Part shown: positions 37,061-51,221 of the stretch, in pieces
Layout of the letters: every line of letters starts with the position of its first letter
How positions within the stretch are numbered: position 1 is the stretch's first letter
From: Callorhinchus milii
Taxonomy: Eukaryota
NCBI RefSeq assembly: GCF_018977255.1
Contig: NW_024704742.1
Span: 77,192,001-77,256,000, forward strand
Direction: 5' to 3'
DNA: 64,000 nt
Made by a program: the position numbers and the translations under genes
The notes under the pieces: generated by a model
Told to the model about the DNA's origin: nothing
What the model saw: only the letters and a program-made list of their open reading frames with translations
Databases searched by the model: none

Positions 37061-37670
37061 AATACAATACAAATACAATACAAAATTATGTTTGTAAAGC
37101 GCCTTTCATGTAAGGAGGATGTCCCATTGTGCTGAACAGTCAGGGATTAGGACCTGAGTGGGTGGGGGGAGAGGGATTGGGGGTTGGGATCAGGGAGGGT
37201 GGATGGCAGAGAGGGTAGGAGGGTGGCCGAATGCCCAGTTGAAGAAGAGCATCTTGAGACGTGCGTTGAAGGAGGCAAGGGAGGGAGCGAGTGAACGGAA
37301 TGTGGGATGGAGTTCCAGAGGGTCGGGGCAGAGAGACTGAAGGCCCGACCGCCAATGATGAAGCGGGCAGGGGACATGGAGCAGGCCAGAGCCTGCTGAG
37401 CGGAGGGAGCAGACACGTTGATAAGGGGTTAGCAGATTAGAGAGGTAGGAGGGGCCAAGGCCATGGAGGGCTTTGAAGGTGAGGATGAGGATTTTGAACT
37501 CGATCCTCTGAGGGATGGGGAGTCAGTAGAGCCGGGCGAGGGTTGGTGTAAAAGGTGTACGTGTGAAAGTTGACCCCATGTATGCAGATGATGTCACCAA
37601 GAGGGAGCATGTACAGGTTGAAGAGGTGAGGACTGAGAACAGAACCCTGAGAAACACCGCACGAGATGTT
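37061..37670 (-). mobile_element. L2 fragment with a large internal deletion
   Basis: 3' end joined at ~37545 to the RT segment [22 protein letters not shown]. Confidence 0.85.
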
Positions 37671-38399
37671 CACGATAGAATGTCATGGGATCTTTAATAT
37701 CTCCGAACAGCACATCAGTTTAACACCTCATCCAAAGCACAGCACTTCTGATAATGCAGTGCTCCCTCAGTCCTGCACTGGTGTATCAGTCAAGATCATG
37801 AGCTCACCGTCCTGTTGTGTGACTTGAACCTACTTCCTTCTGACTCAGAGATGAGAGTACAACACACTGAACCAAAAATAACATCCTGCATGCTCAAATA
37901 ACCTGACAATCCTTAAAGACTAAGCTTATTAGTGAAGAATGGAAGCTTAGATTGGATACTGGAGGATGGCTGGCTCTTTTAATGTTGGATTTTTAACGTC
38001 TGAATTTTAACATCAATATGAACAGATTTAACCCAATGCTCCCCCAGCATTGCACTCTTGCATCAGACTAGACTGTGAGTTCAAAGTTGCAACATGGGGC
38101 TTGATCCCACAACCTTCCAACGCACAGGCAAGAGTGCTACCAACTGTGACAGGCTGACACCAAAGAATTGAAATGATCGAATGCTGATTAGTCAGTCTAG
38201 TTAAAGAAGTGTTGTCCTCAGTGAAAGGGTGTGAGAGGAGGAAACAAACATGGGCTGAAAGAAAAGGCATTGTCATACTAAAGTTTTTTTATTATTAATA
38301 GGGAATGAATAAGTAACATGAAGGCTGTTATTTCTTGAAATGAATACATTGTTGTAGATATAATTGGCAGACCATTTTGTTTTGCTATTATTCATTTGG

Positions 38400-38575
38400 T
38401 GATTACACAAGAAAATGAGATTGGTCTGGATGAAGAAGGTTCCTCGGCTCATCCGATCTCATCCCTCCAGAACACCCATTCTACCTCCCCTCATCACGCT
38501 ATTGAAATACTTTTTAAATGAATCCAGTGTCCTGCGCTCTACCACCCTTCCTTGGCAACCTGTTCCAGTTGTTGA
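38400..38575 (-). mobile_element. CR1 3' end
   Basis: ctctaccacccttccttggcaacctgttcca and ttttaaatgaatccagtg are reverse-similar to 1910-1970. Confidence 0.7.
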
Positions 38576-38765
38576 TAATAATAATAATCCTTGCTTTTGA
38601 TATAGCTCTTTTCACGTCTTCCAGACATCTCAAACCGCTTCACAGAATATACTGTAAAGTGAATTGACTGTATATTTTGTGGGCAAAATGCATTAGCCAA
38701 TTGCACACAGCAGTGTCCCACAAACAGTCGTGGATTGAAGTGACCAATTTATTATGTTTTTTTTG
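38575..38765 (-). mobile_element. SINE 3' half
   Basis: Matches 20985-21175. Confidence 0.88.
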
Positions 38766-38972
38766 GGTTGTGCAGCTCTTAAGCATAGATGTCATCGATA
38801 CATAGATTGATTGATGTCTCAATCAATCCTTGGTCATGGGTGAACCTTTCCAACTTGATCACAATGGTGATTGGTTTAAAGTTAACCCACAGCTGTCATT
38901 AAATTTGCAACCCTTGAATTATAGCATTTCAGTTGCTGAGTCCTGGGTTATCAGTTTAACTAAATTTGAGAC

Positions 38973-39350
38973 ATAATAATAATCCTTGTAGTGCCTTATC
39001 GTGTCCTCGAGACATCTCAAAGTATCTCACAGGATACAATCTAAAGTGTTGTATTTGTGTGCATTTTGTGGGTGAACGTGATAGCCAATTTGGACAAAGC
39101 AATGTCCCACAAACACCATGCAATGAGTGACCAAATTTATTCAGAGATTATTGGACAGGATATTGGGATAAACTCCCTGCTGTTTTCAAATAGGCATTGA
39201 CGGGACCTTGGTTTTACGTGATATCTGAACGATTTCACTTCCAACAAGTCAGTACACACCCCATTATTGGGTTCCAAGTACCATGGGAAGCTTAAACCCA
39301 CAACTATCTGACTCAGAGGCAAGAATTATACTAACAGCCAGGTTGACACC
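38973..39350 (-). mobile_element. Deu-domain SINE
   Basis: Tail, body and cccacaactatctgactcagaggc head. Confidence 0.8.
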
Positions 39351-39864
39351 AAGTGAGACAGTCACATGGGTTAACATTTTCAATGTTGTGAAAATTATCA
39401 TTGGTCATATGTCATATGTCGAATTTTTACTTAAATGTTTCTAAAGCTGGACATTATAATTAACTTTAGTCGGTAATTATTTACAGCATTAAAAGACAAT
39501 TCCCCCAGTGTAAACATGAGAGTGACAATTGTTATGGTAATTTCTGAGTGGCTTTTCAAAGATGGTCATCTTGAATTACAAGCACTTCAGAAAATGAATA
39601 AGAATTATATCTGAGGTAATTACATTGTGTTTCCCAGTGACAGTGCTAATATTTACTGATATATAATACACGCTGACTGGATTATTTCTCTTTAGTAAAT
39701 GATTAATTATAACTCGAGAAGCTTACAGCGATTATATCACAACTGTTAATTCTTCAGTGGGGACATGAGTTCACGTGAACAGCATGGGACAGAACAACCA
39801 TCAGAAGCATGAAGCGAGCTGCTGTCAATGTAAAAATAGATGCACCCCTCAATTAAACTAATGT

Positions 39865-40268
39865 TAATCCTTGCATTTGATGTGGTATTTATAACACTGA
39901 AACATCTCAAAGTGCTTTACAGAGTTTTCTATAAAGTGCATTTGTAGGCAAACGTAGCAGCCCATTTGCACACAGCAGTGTCTCACATGGAGTAAATGTG
40001 CAGTTTTATCTGGTGAATTGTTGGTGAAGACAGAAGAAGAAGCTGCTCTTGATATCCTAATTCTAATAGTGCTATGAGATCTTTAATGTTCACCTGAACA
40101 AGTAGACAGAACTTCAATTAAATGTCTGATATGAATGACGGCACCTCCAACAATGCGGTACTCCCCAAACGCTGCTTTGGAGTGTCAGCCTATTTACTAT
40201 GAGCTTGAAGTCCCAAGATGGGGTCTGACTCAAAAGCAAGAATGTTATCAAATAAGCCAGGCTGATAC
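39865..40268 (-). mobile_element. Deu-domain SINE
   Basis: gatctttaatgttcacctgaac and ggcacctccaacaatgcggtactcc cores. Confidence 0.8.
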
Positions 40269-40759
40269 CTGATGAAGTCCTCACCATTTCCTATAAAGCT
40301 ATTCTACATTGAGCAAGGTCAACATTGTTAAATTGCCAGTTTTTAAAAAAATGTTTGCTAAATTTAAGAGAAATTGAGAAGGAATGGAGATTGTAATTTT
40401 ATTTTAGGGTCATATTCAGTTATAAAATGTTTTTGCAAGAAGAATCAAAAATATAACATTTCATCTACCAGTATCATTGTTATTCTTTAATATTCAACTC
40501 CCTCTGCATCTACACCATAGTCTCCAACTACATCTAAAGCTATGTAATAGTTTATAATATCATTTTAAAGTAGATATGTGTCCAGTTCTTTTTTGTTGAC
40601 AGTTAATCAAAGCACCATATACTGTTTTTCTTAATTCATTTTTCTTCTCTCGTTCAGCTTGAGCCTTGTTAATTGTAAACCTATGTAATCCACTTCTACT
40701 CTCATGGTCTAATTGAAATATTTGCTTACATTCACATCATTCTAGAGACCTGAATCACG

Positions 40760-42720
40760 ACTCCCTCAACCTTTTCAATAACAAGTTCAGTGAGCTTCTC
40801 ATATTGGAAAGTTACGAATACCAGAACTATCTTTGTTGCTCTCCTCTGGCCCCTGTCCAATAATTCAATGTCCTTTCAAAGATAGGAGGCACAAATCTCC
40901 ACATAGTGGTGAAGTTTGTGCTTTGTCAGTATGTGCTCCTTATGTGAAATTCACTCAAATATTCACTCCAATATTCCATCGGTTAGAGTAAAGCTCTTTT
41001 GACTTATATCAGATGCCCTCAAAACCAAACATAATATTTGAGTCACTTCTGACAGCTTCTCATTGACTAACAACCATCAGTGAATGATCAGTAATCACAC
41101 CAAAATCTGTTCCCTTCTCCACCCTACGAAGACACCCTTCATGACTTCAAATATTTACTGTCTCTTGTTGAAATATGAATTACCCACCATTTATCTACAT
41201 GAAAATCCATCTGGCCCATCGGTTTGATTTCTCTAGCTCTTCCTGAATGCATTTATCCTCCTTATTATTCCCCTCCCATGTTGTTAAATCATCTGAACTC
41301 TTCACTTGGGTTATTTCCCTGAAATTATTCATCCATTTGTGTATAAATTACTTGACTCCTTTGTGGCACTACTACCTTGAATTCACTTGGTTTACATTAA
41401 TATTTACAGAATATACCTGTAACATAATGCTACAAACCTTAACCTTTCACTTTAAGTGGACTTTATTTTGTTTCAGTGGAGGATGATCCATATGATATGA
41501 TGATTTCTTGCAGAGAAAGAACTGTCTTTGAGTTGTGCCTCTTGTACTCAACAATCCAATAAAAGTCCTCCTTAATGGCCTTTAACAAGCCCTTTTGCTA
41601 TGTTACAGTCCTTATTAAGACCTGGAAGTATCTAGTCCTACACAGAGAAGCACTAAGTTGTAGATATTCTGAGTTCTAATCAGAGAAGCATTAAATTCAC
41701 AAGGTCATAAGAGAGGTTTAGATAAAGAAGATCCTTTGTTCTATTTCAACTCATCTTTCCCCAAATATGCACTCTGCCACTCTCCTATCGTAGCATCAAA
41801 CAGGATCTTAAATTAGTCCAGTGTCCTGACCTCAACCGCCCTTGGTAATGCATGCCAAGTACAAATTGCACTGTTTAAAGAAATATTTCCTGATTTCTGT
41901 CCTGAAATTGCCTTTGTAACCCTGAACCAGTGCTCTCTTGTTCTAATGCTTTGATATATCTGAAAGTGTTCTTCAGGTCTTATATTCTCAATCCCATTTA
42001 CAATACATTTAGTATCTTGTATTTATTTTTAATAAACTTCCTTTGCCAGTCATCAAGCCTATGTGCATATCCGATCATGATCTTTGCTGCCTTTTCTGAT
42101 TCCAAGGTTCCCCATAACTTGGTGTCATCTGCATTGATGACGTTCATGACATTGCAGGTGCACTGCCATACACCTTGCTTTGATTCTGTGAATCCAGGTC
42201 ATTAATATATACAAGGAATAGGAATGGGCTCAGTACAAGCCCACGAGGCGCTTAATGTTGTTTGACTTAACTCCCTCAACAATAGCCCTCTGCTTCCTTC
42301 CCTTAAGTTAATTTTGACTCCATGTTTACAAGCTGACCTTGATGCCCAATGACCATAAGTGGTAAAGGAGCCTTTTGTGCGGTACTTTATCAAACACCTT
42401 TTGAAAGTTGAGATATACTAACTATGTCATATGGCTTCCCACAATTTGAGCTGTCACCGCCTCAAAAAAAGTCTGTGAAATTGATTATTCAAGGCCTATG
42501 CTTTCTGAAGCCATGTTGACTGCCATTTCTTAGATTATTTTTAAACGCGTCATCTTCCATTTTCTCTCTGATTTTCCAATAATTGAGGTCAGGCTAATGA
42601 ATCTGTATTTGCCAGTTATTGTTCCGTCACATTTGTTGAATATGGGAATCACATTTATTCCAGTCTGTTGGAGCCTCATCAGGCTTCTTCACAATGTTTG
42701 TCAATTCTACACAAATCTCT
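40760..42720 (-). mobile_element. Cluster of old CR1 fragments
   Basis: ttggtgtcatctgca (ADDTK), ggtactttatcaaacaccttttgaaagttgagata (YLNFQKVFDKV), ccatgttgactg (SQHG); 3' end at ~41700-41930; unique DNA may be interleaved. Confidence 0.65.
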
Positions 42721-42759
42721 TGCACTGCCACCCTAAACACCAGTTAATGGGGGCAAGGA

Positions 42760-42945
42760 TTATTCCCACTCATCTCCTGTTACCCTGCAAGTCAAAGCCC
42801 TAATGGATAGGATGGTCCTAGTTTGACAACCAGTGGGAAGTTTCCAGCCAGTGCTTTCAATGTTAAACTATGGAATTTTATCTGGTTAGATTGCTGCAGT
42901 ACCCCAACGCACACTCTGGAGTTCTAAGCTTTGGCTTTTGCCAAC
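42760..42945. repeat. Unclassified dispersed repeat, inverted copy
   Basis: Reverse-similar to 7685-7855. Confidence 0.7.
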
Positions 42946-43769
42946 CTGTGCCTAAATCTCTCCGGAATTAGGTAAACAGGGTGCATCCCTCCAGCGAGAG
43001 AGTTCACATTCTATTGACAGGAATTTCCATAGGTACGTGGCATATATGGAACTCTTAGTCTGGATTAGAATATTTATGAGCAGGTTGAAGGCTTTCTGCA
43101 TGAGATCATTCTGTGCCTTTCATTGCCTTTTCCTGGTTGGTTACTTATAGGAAAACAGGAACAGGAGACGGTCATTCAGCCCATCAGGTCTGCTGCACTA
43201 GTTAATTATAATAATAATCCTTGCATTTGATATAGTGCCTTATCACCTCTTTGAGATGTCTCAAATTTACTGTATATTTTGTGGGCAAAACATGGCACCC
43301 AATTGTGCACAGCAGTGTCCGACAAACATTCGTGGATTGAAGTGACCAATTTTTTTTTGAAGGAATTATTACCCCGGAAAGTGATCCGCCAATCGACTAA
43401 TAACTGGGTTCCTACTTACTGCTAGGTAAACATATATCTTGTCAGATCTTTAAATCTCAATATTCTGCCCTACTGCCCTTTATACCGCTACTACCCAAGG
43501 AGTTCACACACCTGAGATAGCAGGTGGCAGATGAGTGCAAATTTCCAACTTGTGTTACTCTGTTGTCATTCTAGTAGAGAGCACTCCTGTAAAACGGGGA
43601 TTGCTTCATCATTCACCCCTTTGTAGCAATGTGCATTTTTCAATGAAAGGTTAAATTGTGCCTTAGATACAATACAATACTGCACTGCCTCAGTCCTCCA
43701 ACAGAGAAAGCTGAAAGTAACCTGAAAGAATGACACCACATCATCATTGACAAATAAGCTTCAGCTATT

Positions 43770-43960
43770 AGGCAGCATCTATGGAGAGAGGAAAGTGAGT
43801 TAACATTTCAGGTCGATGACCTTTCGGCAGAATAAAAGGGAATCAACCTGAAACATTAACTCACTTTCCTCTCTCCACAGATGCTGCCTGACCTGCTGAG
43901 TGTTCCCAGCAACCTCTGCTTTTATTTCAGATTTCCGGCATCTGCAGTATTTTGCCTTTA
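43770..43960. mobile_element. Penelope-like element remnant forming a hairpin, with degenerate hammerhead motif
   Basis: 48-bp arms 43770-43817 and 43842-43889 (4 mismatches); acagatgctgcctgacctgctgag resembles shark Penelope-type ends as I recall them. Confidence 0.7.
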
Positions 43961-46900
43961 GCTTCAACTTTTGCTTGGCCGATGTTGTGGGTGCTTTTTG
44001 ATTGGGGCTTTTGTGGACTGATTGTAGACAAGTTGCACCCTCTTAGGAAATGATTGTGTGCAGAAGAGATTATGTAACACTTTTTGCAGGTTAAAAAGAA
44101 ACTTTGAAGGAAGATTTGGAGAAAAAAAAGAGATATCTGCTTTCAGAGTATATCCCTAGCAACTGCAAAGAAGATGGCTACTGACTTGCCTTTGTCACAG
44201 GAGTCACATATCTCATGATCTGAATGACTTTTATCATAGAAGATCCAACAAAGGAATAAAATAGGATAACCTGCTTATTGTAACCAAAGTAAAGATAGTT
44301 TGGTTACCACAAAAGTGTTGCAAACTAAAGGTCTCAATGACGCTTGATAGAAGTGCTTCAAAGGTAAAGAGGGCATTGTCTATTATCTTAGCTGTGTCAT
44401 ATGTCTCTTGTTCATCTGTAATAAATTACATAAACTACCAACATTTTAAATCAAGAACCTTGAAGTGAAAATTGTGTGAATGTGATACTAATATACTGGA
44501 TTGCAATCCACAACTCATGCCAGCAGAAAATATCATTCCCATCCAATCCAATATATCTTTCTGGGATATATATCTTCTCAGCCCCCCTCTCAGCAACAGT
44601 GAATTGTTATATTTTAACGTTTAGTTGAGTAAACTTTCTCAGCCTGTAATGGTGGAGTTGAAAGACTGAGCATCTGACTGAAGGCTCAGCACAATACTTT
44701 GTTGTGAAATGTGGAATTCGCTGCTTCGGAAGACTGTAAAGTTAGAATCAATCGGGATGCTTAAAAGGGCATTAGATAAATACTTGGGTAGTAATGGTAT
44801 TAAAGTTATATGGATACGGTGGTAAAATGCGATTCAAAAATCTGCCAATAAACTGATGGAAAATATTATCCGCCAATAATATTGTCAGATAATAGTTAAT
44901 TACCTAAATTTGCCTCTTCTTTAAGCACTCCATGATGCTGTCCAGCGTGAAAGACGCTATATAAATGCAAGTTATTGTTGTTTCTTGTTCCCATGATCCG
45001 CTATCGTAATTGCCACAAACAATTCTGTTCTTGTCTCCTGTCTGGAACCATGTCTTGTTGATATGGCTCCAGCCTTTCTGTCAGTGGTGCTTGTAACAGT
45101 GTAAGACTTTGACTCCAGCATTGTGGCAGCCTGCTAATATGGGACCTTGCACTTTATATGAGAGGTGCTCAGAGCCTAGGTCATATAGAAACTGTGAGCC
45201 AACCTTGCCCTGGCCCTCTCTCATACTCTCTGCCAAGCCAAAAGAGAACAAAAGGAGTCTGAGGCCTCGCCACATGACAAACTTGAGCTGTTATTGATAA
45301 AGCACCTCAGCTGTTAGAGCGGCACCTGAGAGATCATACGGCTATTACTTGCATGGGGGGAGGGGGAGAACCCTGAGTGAGAGATTGCAGTGAGAGGGTT
45401 TGCAGACTATCGAATTGTGAGGATTTAGAGAACATTGAGGCCTCCCCTGTATCAATAACCACTTGATTTGTAAATTCAACTTGTCTCTGTGTGCATTCAG
45501 TATCTGCCTGGCAGTTACAACATTAACAGGAATAGTGAACAAAAGTGTATGATGAGGCTAATGTAAGGATACAGCTGGACTAATCCCCACTGTCAGCATC
45601 ACTGCCAGAAGAAGACGTCACTGGTCTCCCCACTTTACTCATCTTGTGAATTGGCCATCGCTGAAGGGAAAGCGAAATCTGCTGGTAGAAACTATCTCTC
45701 ATTTACACTGGGTTCAAATCCAGTCTCAATAGCAAAGGTCGGTCCAACGTCCATATATGGAAGCTTTCTTTTGTGGCAACAGTGGATGCAATAAGCTGTT
45801 TTATCGGTCACATTGGGAGAGCGGAGAGATTCTTCCTGTGTGTCTGATTTGCATGCACGTTGCTTTGCTTAACAAATGGCCCGGAGGAAGAGACAGATGT
45901 CAGTGGGGGAGTGGGGAGGAGGGGTGTTAGGCACAGCTGAGGTCACCTTCCTGGTGCTTGTGTTGCCAGACACTCACTGCATGCTGGGAGAGAGATCCTG
46001 GCTGAGAGCAGAGTAGCTTATGCTGTCTCTGGAGTCACACACATGTATCCTGTGTCCAGATTGGTGCTTTTCTGCTCCCCAACATGCTTTTGGAGCACAG
46101 CGTTGGTTACGGTTAACATTAATGACTTTGTTCCTGAGTTGTATCCATAAGAGATTCACCCTACATGAATTTGGTAGTGTAAACACTGTTAGCCCTTTCT
46201 CACCCTGCTCCTTGATGAATTTTCTTTTTTTCTGCACTGGGACTTTACAGATATTCTGGCAGGTTTGGATGGGATGGGAACAGATTAATAGCAGGCTATG
46301 GTTTTACAGTAGAAGGTATTTCAGATGCTAAATGAGCTATTAGCGTTCACAAGGGAAGCAAGAACTCATCAGTTAACTTACTGAAAGAAGTCCTGCTGTA
46401 TCAATGGATTCGCTCCAAAACAGTACCAAGGCAACGCTGTGCCACTCAGACACAAACAGCTGAGAACATCAGGCACAAAGAGAGGCCTGAAAAGATTTGC
46501 CAACAAACATCCCCTCAGTGAATTAGATAGCAGTCGCATCACTTCATATACCTATGTAAATGGGTCAGTCTGATAAATAATAAATAAATAATTCTGAGGA
46601 TAATTTGCCATCAATTGATATATTAAGTGACTAGCAGTGAAATAAGACTTCATCAACTTTCGAGGACTATCATTTTACCGATAGTGGGAGATCTCCCCTG
46701 TAGTGCTTGTCTGGACAGCTCCAGCTTTGTAATGTATGCTGCATGAACTTCAACCCCAGATTGCTGCTCTCTCTGGATTTTGAACTTCATTGGGTATATG
46801 TTATTATGCTCTGGCAGCCCAGACAGCCATTAAACTGTTATTGCAGCAGTTCTGTTGTCACAAATGTTAATCCTCTCGTGTGCCTTTCAGTGTGTGCCAA

Positions 46901-47619
46901 GAACACAGATGCATCAAAGTGGCTGGTGGCTGCCCTGACAGTGACTGATGACAAATAAAATCAAACCCAAATTCGATCAGATGGAGACATGAAATCAAGA
47001 CGTTATAAATGATAACGCAACAATTCCGAGGCTGTGATGTAAGGTTTAAGCAGATCACATATTGTATATAAACTGCTAGAGCATCTTGAGGACATCTGAG
47101 CCTTGCAAATAGATTATTCGGGTAAAAGACTTCCAGTTACCCAATATTCTGCACTTAATTTCTTCCACCAGTCAGTTATTCCCTTTTGCAATCAATAATT
47201 GTTCCTAGATTCAAAGGTTTACAACATGAAGGAGGACATTTGTGTTAGGCTTGTGCTAGCTCCCCCACTACTACTATCTACTCGTTTCACTATTTAATCA
47301 TTTACAGCTTTCCATCTTTCTCAATGTAATCACACAGTTTCAATTCTCTAAGAAGATCCCACCATAAACAATAGTGTGCAGAGGGTTACTGGATTATTTA
47401 TCCACTACTCTCTGCAGAATACTTCAGACATCCTTCCTCTGTATAATTTTTCTTGGTCAGCCGAGTGTCTGACACATCACCATGCTTAAAAGTATTCAAA
47501 CCAAACAAAGTTCCATGCATCCCACCTACACAAGGAAATTCCATTGATGGGTTGCTGGAATGGAATGCGGACTCTCTCCTTGGAAGGACGAATCCTGTTT
47601 ACCTAATTAGGAGCAGGTT

Positions 47620-47918
47620 GTTAAGAGCTAAGCTTGGGGACCCCAGAATGTTCATTGGGACACTCCTGGAGTCTAACCAGCTAAAAGCACATAGCTTGCT
47701 ATTGAAAGTATTGCATGGCAACCTTTCCAGCTGCTTGTCCAGCTAGGACGACCCTACCAGTTAGGGCTTTGGCTTGCAGGGTTAATGGGAGCTGATTGCA
47801 AAGAATCCCTGCCCCCAGTGACTGGTCTGCCCTTCCAAGTCCTGCCGATGAGCCAGGCTGGTTGTGTTGTTATCAGCAATGCCCTGGTATATTGCAGACC
47901 CGCCTGGCTCAGAAACCA
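47620..47918. repeat. Unclassified dispersed repeat, copy 2
   Basis: Colinear with 7685-7968; shares cccttccaagtcctgccgatgagccaggctgg exactly. Confidence 0.85.
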
Positions 47919-50385
47919 TCTGTGTAAGATTTCCTCGATAGATCTATCACGTCATTATCTGATAATCTGAATCATTTTCATTTACAGGAATGTTTTTATT
48001 TCTTATTGAAACCATTTGCAGTTCCTTGTTTTATCACTTTTTCTGGTAGTTTGATCCATATGTTCCATTTACTAACTGCAGACAAACTCTGTATCACCCA
48101 CTTGTTCCTATCACTGTTTGAGTGCAAAGTGCCTCTGTTTAAAATATCATTCCAGTTTACCTTTATACAAGTGATTATGCCACCCCAATATTATCTTCTT
48201 TATGATTCCTATTTCAGAATAACTGACAGTCTGACAAAAATGAATTACTTTGCTAATCAATGCATTACCTGCACATCAATATAATTCATACATAACTAAA
48301 TCTCATTATTGTATCTTTTAGTTATATTTGTTTGCCAACAAATACATAGTCATGTCTACATAGTCACTTCATTTTACAGCAATCACCTGTGAAACTCCTT
48401 GAGATGTTTCAATGCAATAGGTACTCTATCAATTGTAAGGATAATTATTAAATTATTGTTCAACTTGAAGTGGGAACTGAAGACACATGCAGGATCTTTG
48501 CAATATGATTTATATCTCACTCTATTTCTTACAAGTTATCAATGACTATGTATCCTACAAAAGTAAGTTAATATACTAAGTACCATGTTTTGGAAATATA
48601 TCAGGCACATCCACAATAAACAAAGCAAACTTGGAGGTGCGGATTTATCTTAAGGCCGGTGACCTTAACTAGTCAAGTGCCAGTATATGGTTACTGTTGT
48701 GCATAACTGAGCCAGATGTGGGAAATGGGTCTGCTTTCTAATACTCCAGTCAATTCTCAGAATAATATACTTGCTCTCCTGATATAATCTAGAAGTCTGC
48801 TTTATGCCTTAGCTATGCTTGCTGTGCTGCCTAACTCATAAGTTTCTTGCGATCTGACAGGGACGCAACACCCCTGTGACAAGGCCATTTAGACCATTCT
48901 TTGAAGCATGTATAATCCACTCCACAATGGTTTCCAGTCAAACCATTTCATATCCTGATGAAATGTTCAAGTGTTCTGCCTCCAAAGATAAATGGAGCAA
49001 AATTGAAAAATAGGAGTTGGCATAGATTTATAGGGGTTGACATAAATAACCAAATTATCCATAACAGGAAAAAATGAAGGACAGCTAAGGAGTTGAGAGT
49101 TGTGGCAATTGTTTGATGGATTGATTTTAAAAATCAATATCATACATTCCAGATGGATGGAGGCTTATTGTTTGTTTGTTCCAGACTGAATTCATTATGC
49201 AAAAGCTGAGAACAAATGAACTGATATTCTTTCAGATTAGCTGCTTTAATTGGTATATACTAGTAAATATTGCATTCCTCACAAGTAAGAAAACGTGCTG
49301 ACTAGTGATTAAGATATAAGTTTAATAGTTCCTTTAAACTTTTCTTTGCAAAGGTCCCATTGAAGTATTTCTCAAGCCCCTTGACATGTAGGTAGCCTGA
49401 AGTGACTAGAAAAGACTAGACTTGTGTGTTTCTGATGGGGAAATGTTAGTTGGTACTGAAACCAGAGGTGAGGAGCTGAGAACATCAAGGATGAATGGGA
49501 GTCTACTGATATAGTGGGGGGAAGTAGGAAGCAACATTCAAAGGGACAATAGTCACATCCTTTTCATCTAGGCACCCCAAAGTTACTGTGAATTCTAACA
49601 GAACATAACACAAATGCCCACAGCCACTGGGCATGAGAGAGTTAAAGAGCAGTGAGAGGACAGTTGACCCTGATAGTTATGGTGTAGCAAAGAGCTGGAG
49701 GGGATTGTGCTACTGTAGCTGAGAGTCTAATTAAGGATTAGTGTCTGAGCTGGGCAGGGATTACGATGCAGCGTAACATCATTAATGAGCTCATACTTTA
49801 ATAGGCCTTCTCTGGTGACCCACAGCGTTTATCTTCCGATGCACAAGGTAACGCCATCTGCCACATGAGCATCAAGAAAGATTACAGTTTAGGCCTGAGA
49901 GGGCATTTTCTGTGTTGAGGTTTCATGTTGAAGACACCTGGGTGAGAACACAGCAATGTTCTGCGCAGAGCTGCGGGGTGTATATCTAGAGAAATCTACA
50001 GCGCAGTGGCTCACAGAGCAAGGAGATCACTTCAGTCCCACTGCCCCACTTTATCCTGATACCTCTTCAAGCTCCCCACTTGAAAGCTACAATGGAATCT
50101 GTATGTGGTCTTATACAATAAATCTATGTGAAAAGTTGTCAGCTACAGCACCTTATTAGTGATAAACCTTATTGGCGAGAAGATCTCAGGTTTTAAAATG
50201 GTTGATTTTGGGGGCTGATGTTTTTTTTCTTCCATTCGCTTTTCTTCAAGTCCTGTCACCATTCCCTTGGCTGAGGGAACACCACAAAAGTGTCCAATTT
50301 ATTCAGCAACTCTGCAATGAGCACTGCTAAATTCAGGGTGGGAGGTTGAATTAGCTATACTATCATTACACTATGTCACACACAT

Positions 50386-51220
50386 CAACAACAACAAGAT
50401 TACATTTGTATAGCACCTTTCACGTCAGGAGGATGTCCCAAGACGCTGGACAGAGTACAGCATTTCAGATCCGAGCTAGGGTCGGGGTGGGGCAGGGAAG
50501 GAAGGGAAGGGGAAGGGGGGTGGCAGATGGCATGGTCGAAGAGGAGGGTCATGAGGCGGGACGCGAAGGAGGGGGCGATGCGGAGTGACTGGGGGATGGA
50601 TTTCCAGAGATTGGAAGCAGAGTGGCTGAAGGTTCTCCCGCCAATGGTGGGGCGGGTGGGTCGGGGGACGTGGAGCAGGCCGGAGATGGCTGAGTGGAGG
50701 GAACGGGTGGGTTGGTAGGGGTTTAGGAGGTCGCAGAGGTAGGGTGGGGTGAGGCCATGGAGGGCTTTGTATGTGAGGACCAGGATCTTGAACTGGATCC
50801 TCTGAAGGATAGTGAGCCAGTGGAGTCGGGCGAGAGTGGGGGAGATGGGGTCATGGAGTTTGGTGCAGGAGAGGACACGGGCTGAGAGTTCTGGATTATC
50901 TGCAGTCTGTGGAGGGAGGAGTTGGGAAGGCCGACAAGCAGGGCGTTTGCATAGTCGAGCCTGGAGGTGATGAAGGCGTGAACAAGAGTTTCAGCGGCCT
51001 GAGGGGTGAGATAGTGGCAGAGTCGGGCGATGTTACGGAGGTGAGGGAAAGCAGAGCGGGTTATGGCTTGGATGTGGGGAAGAAAAGACAGTTGAGGGTT
51101 GAACAAGACCCCAAGGTTCCTGACTGTCTTGGTGAGTTGTAGTGTGCAACCATGGAGGGTGATGCTGCCAGAGCCTGAGGTGCTGAGGCGCTGGCGTGAG
51201 CCAATCAGGAGGATCTTAGT
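50386..51220 (-). mobile_element. 5'-truncated L2 LINE
   Basis: LLIGSRQRL...VRNLGVLF...AFITSRLDY peptide; (CAA)n tail. Confidence 0.92.
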
Positions 51221-51221
51221 G

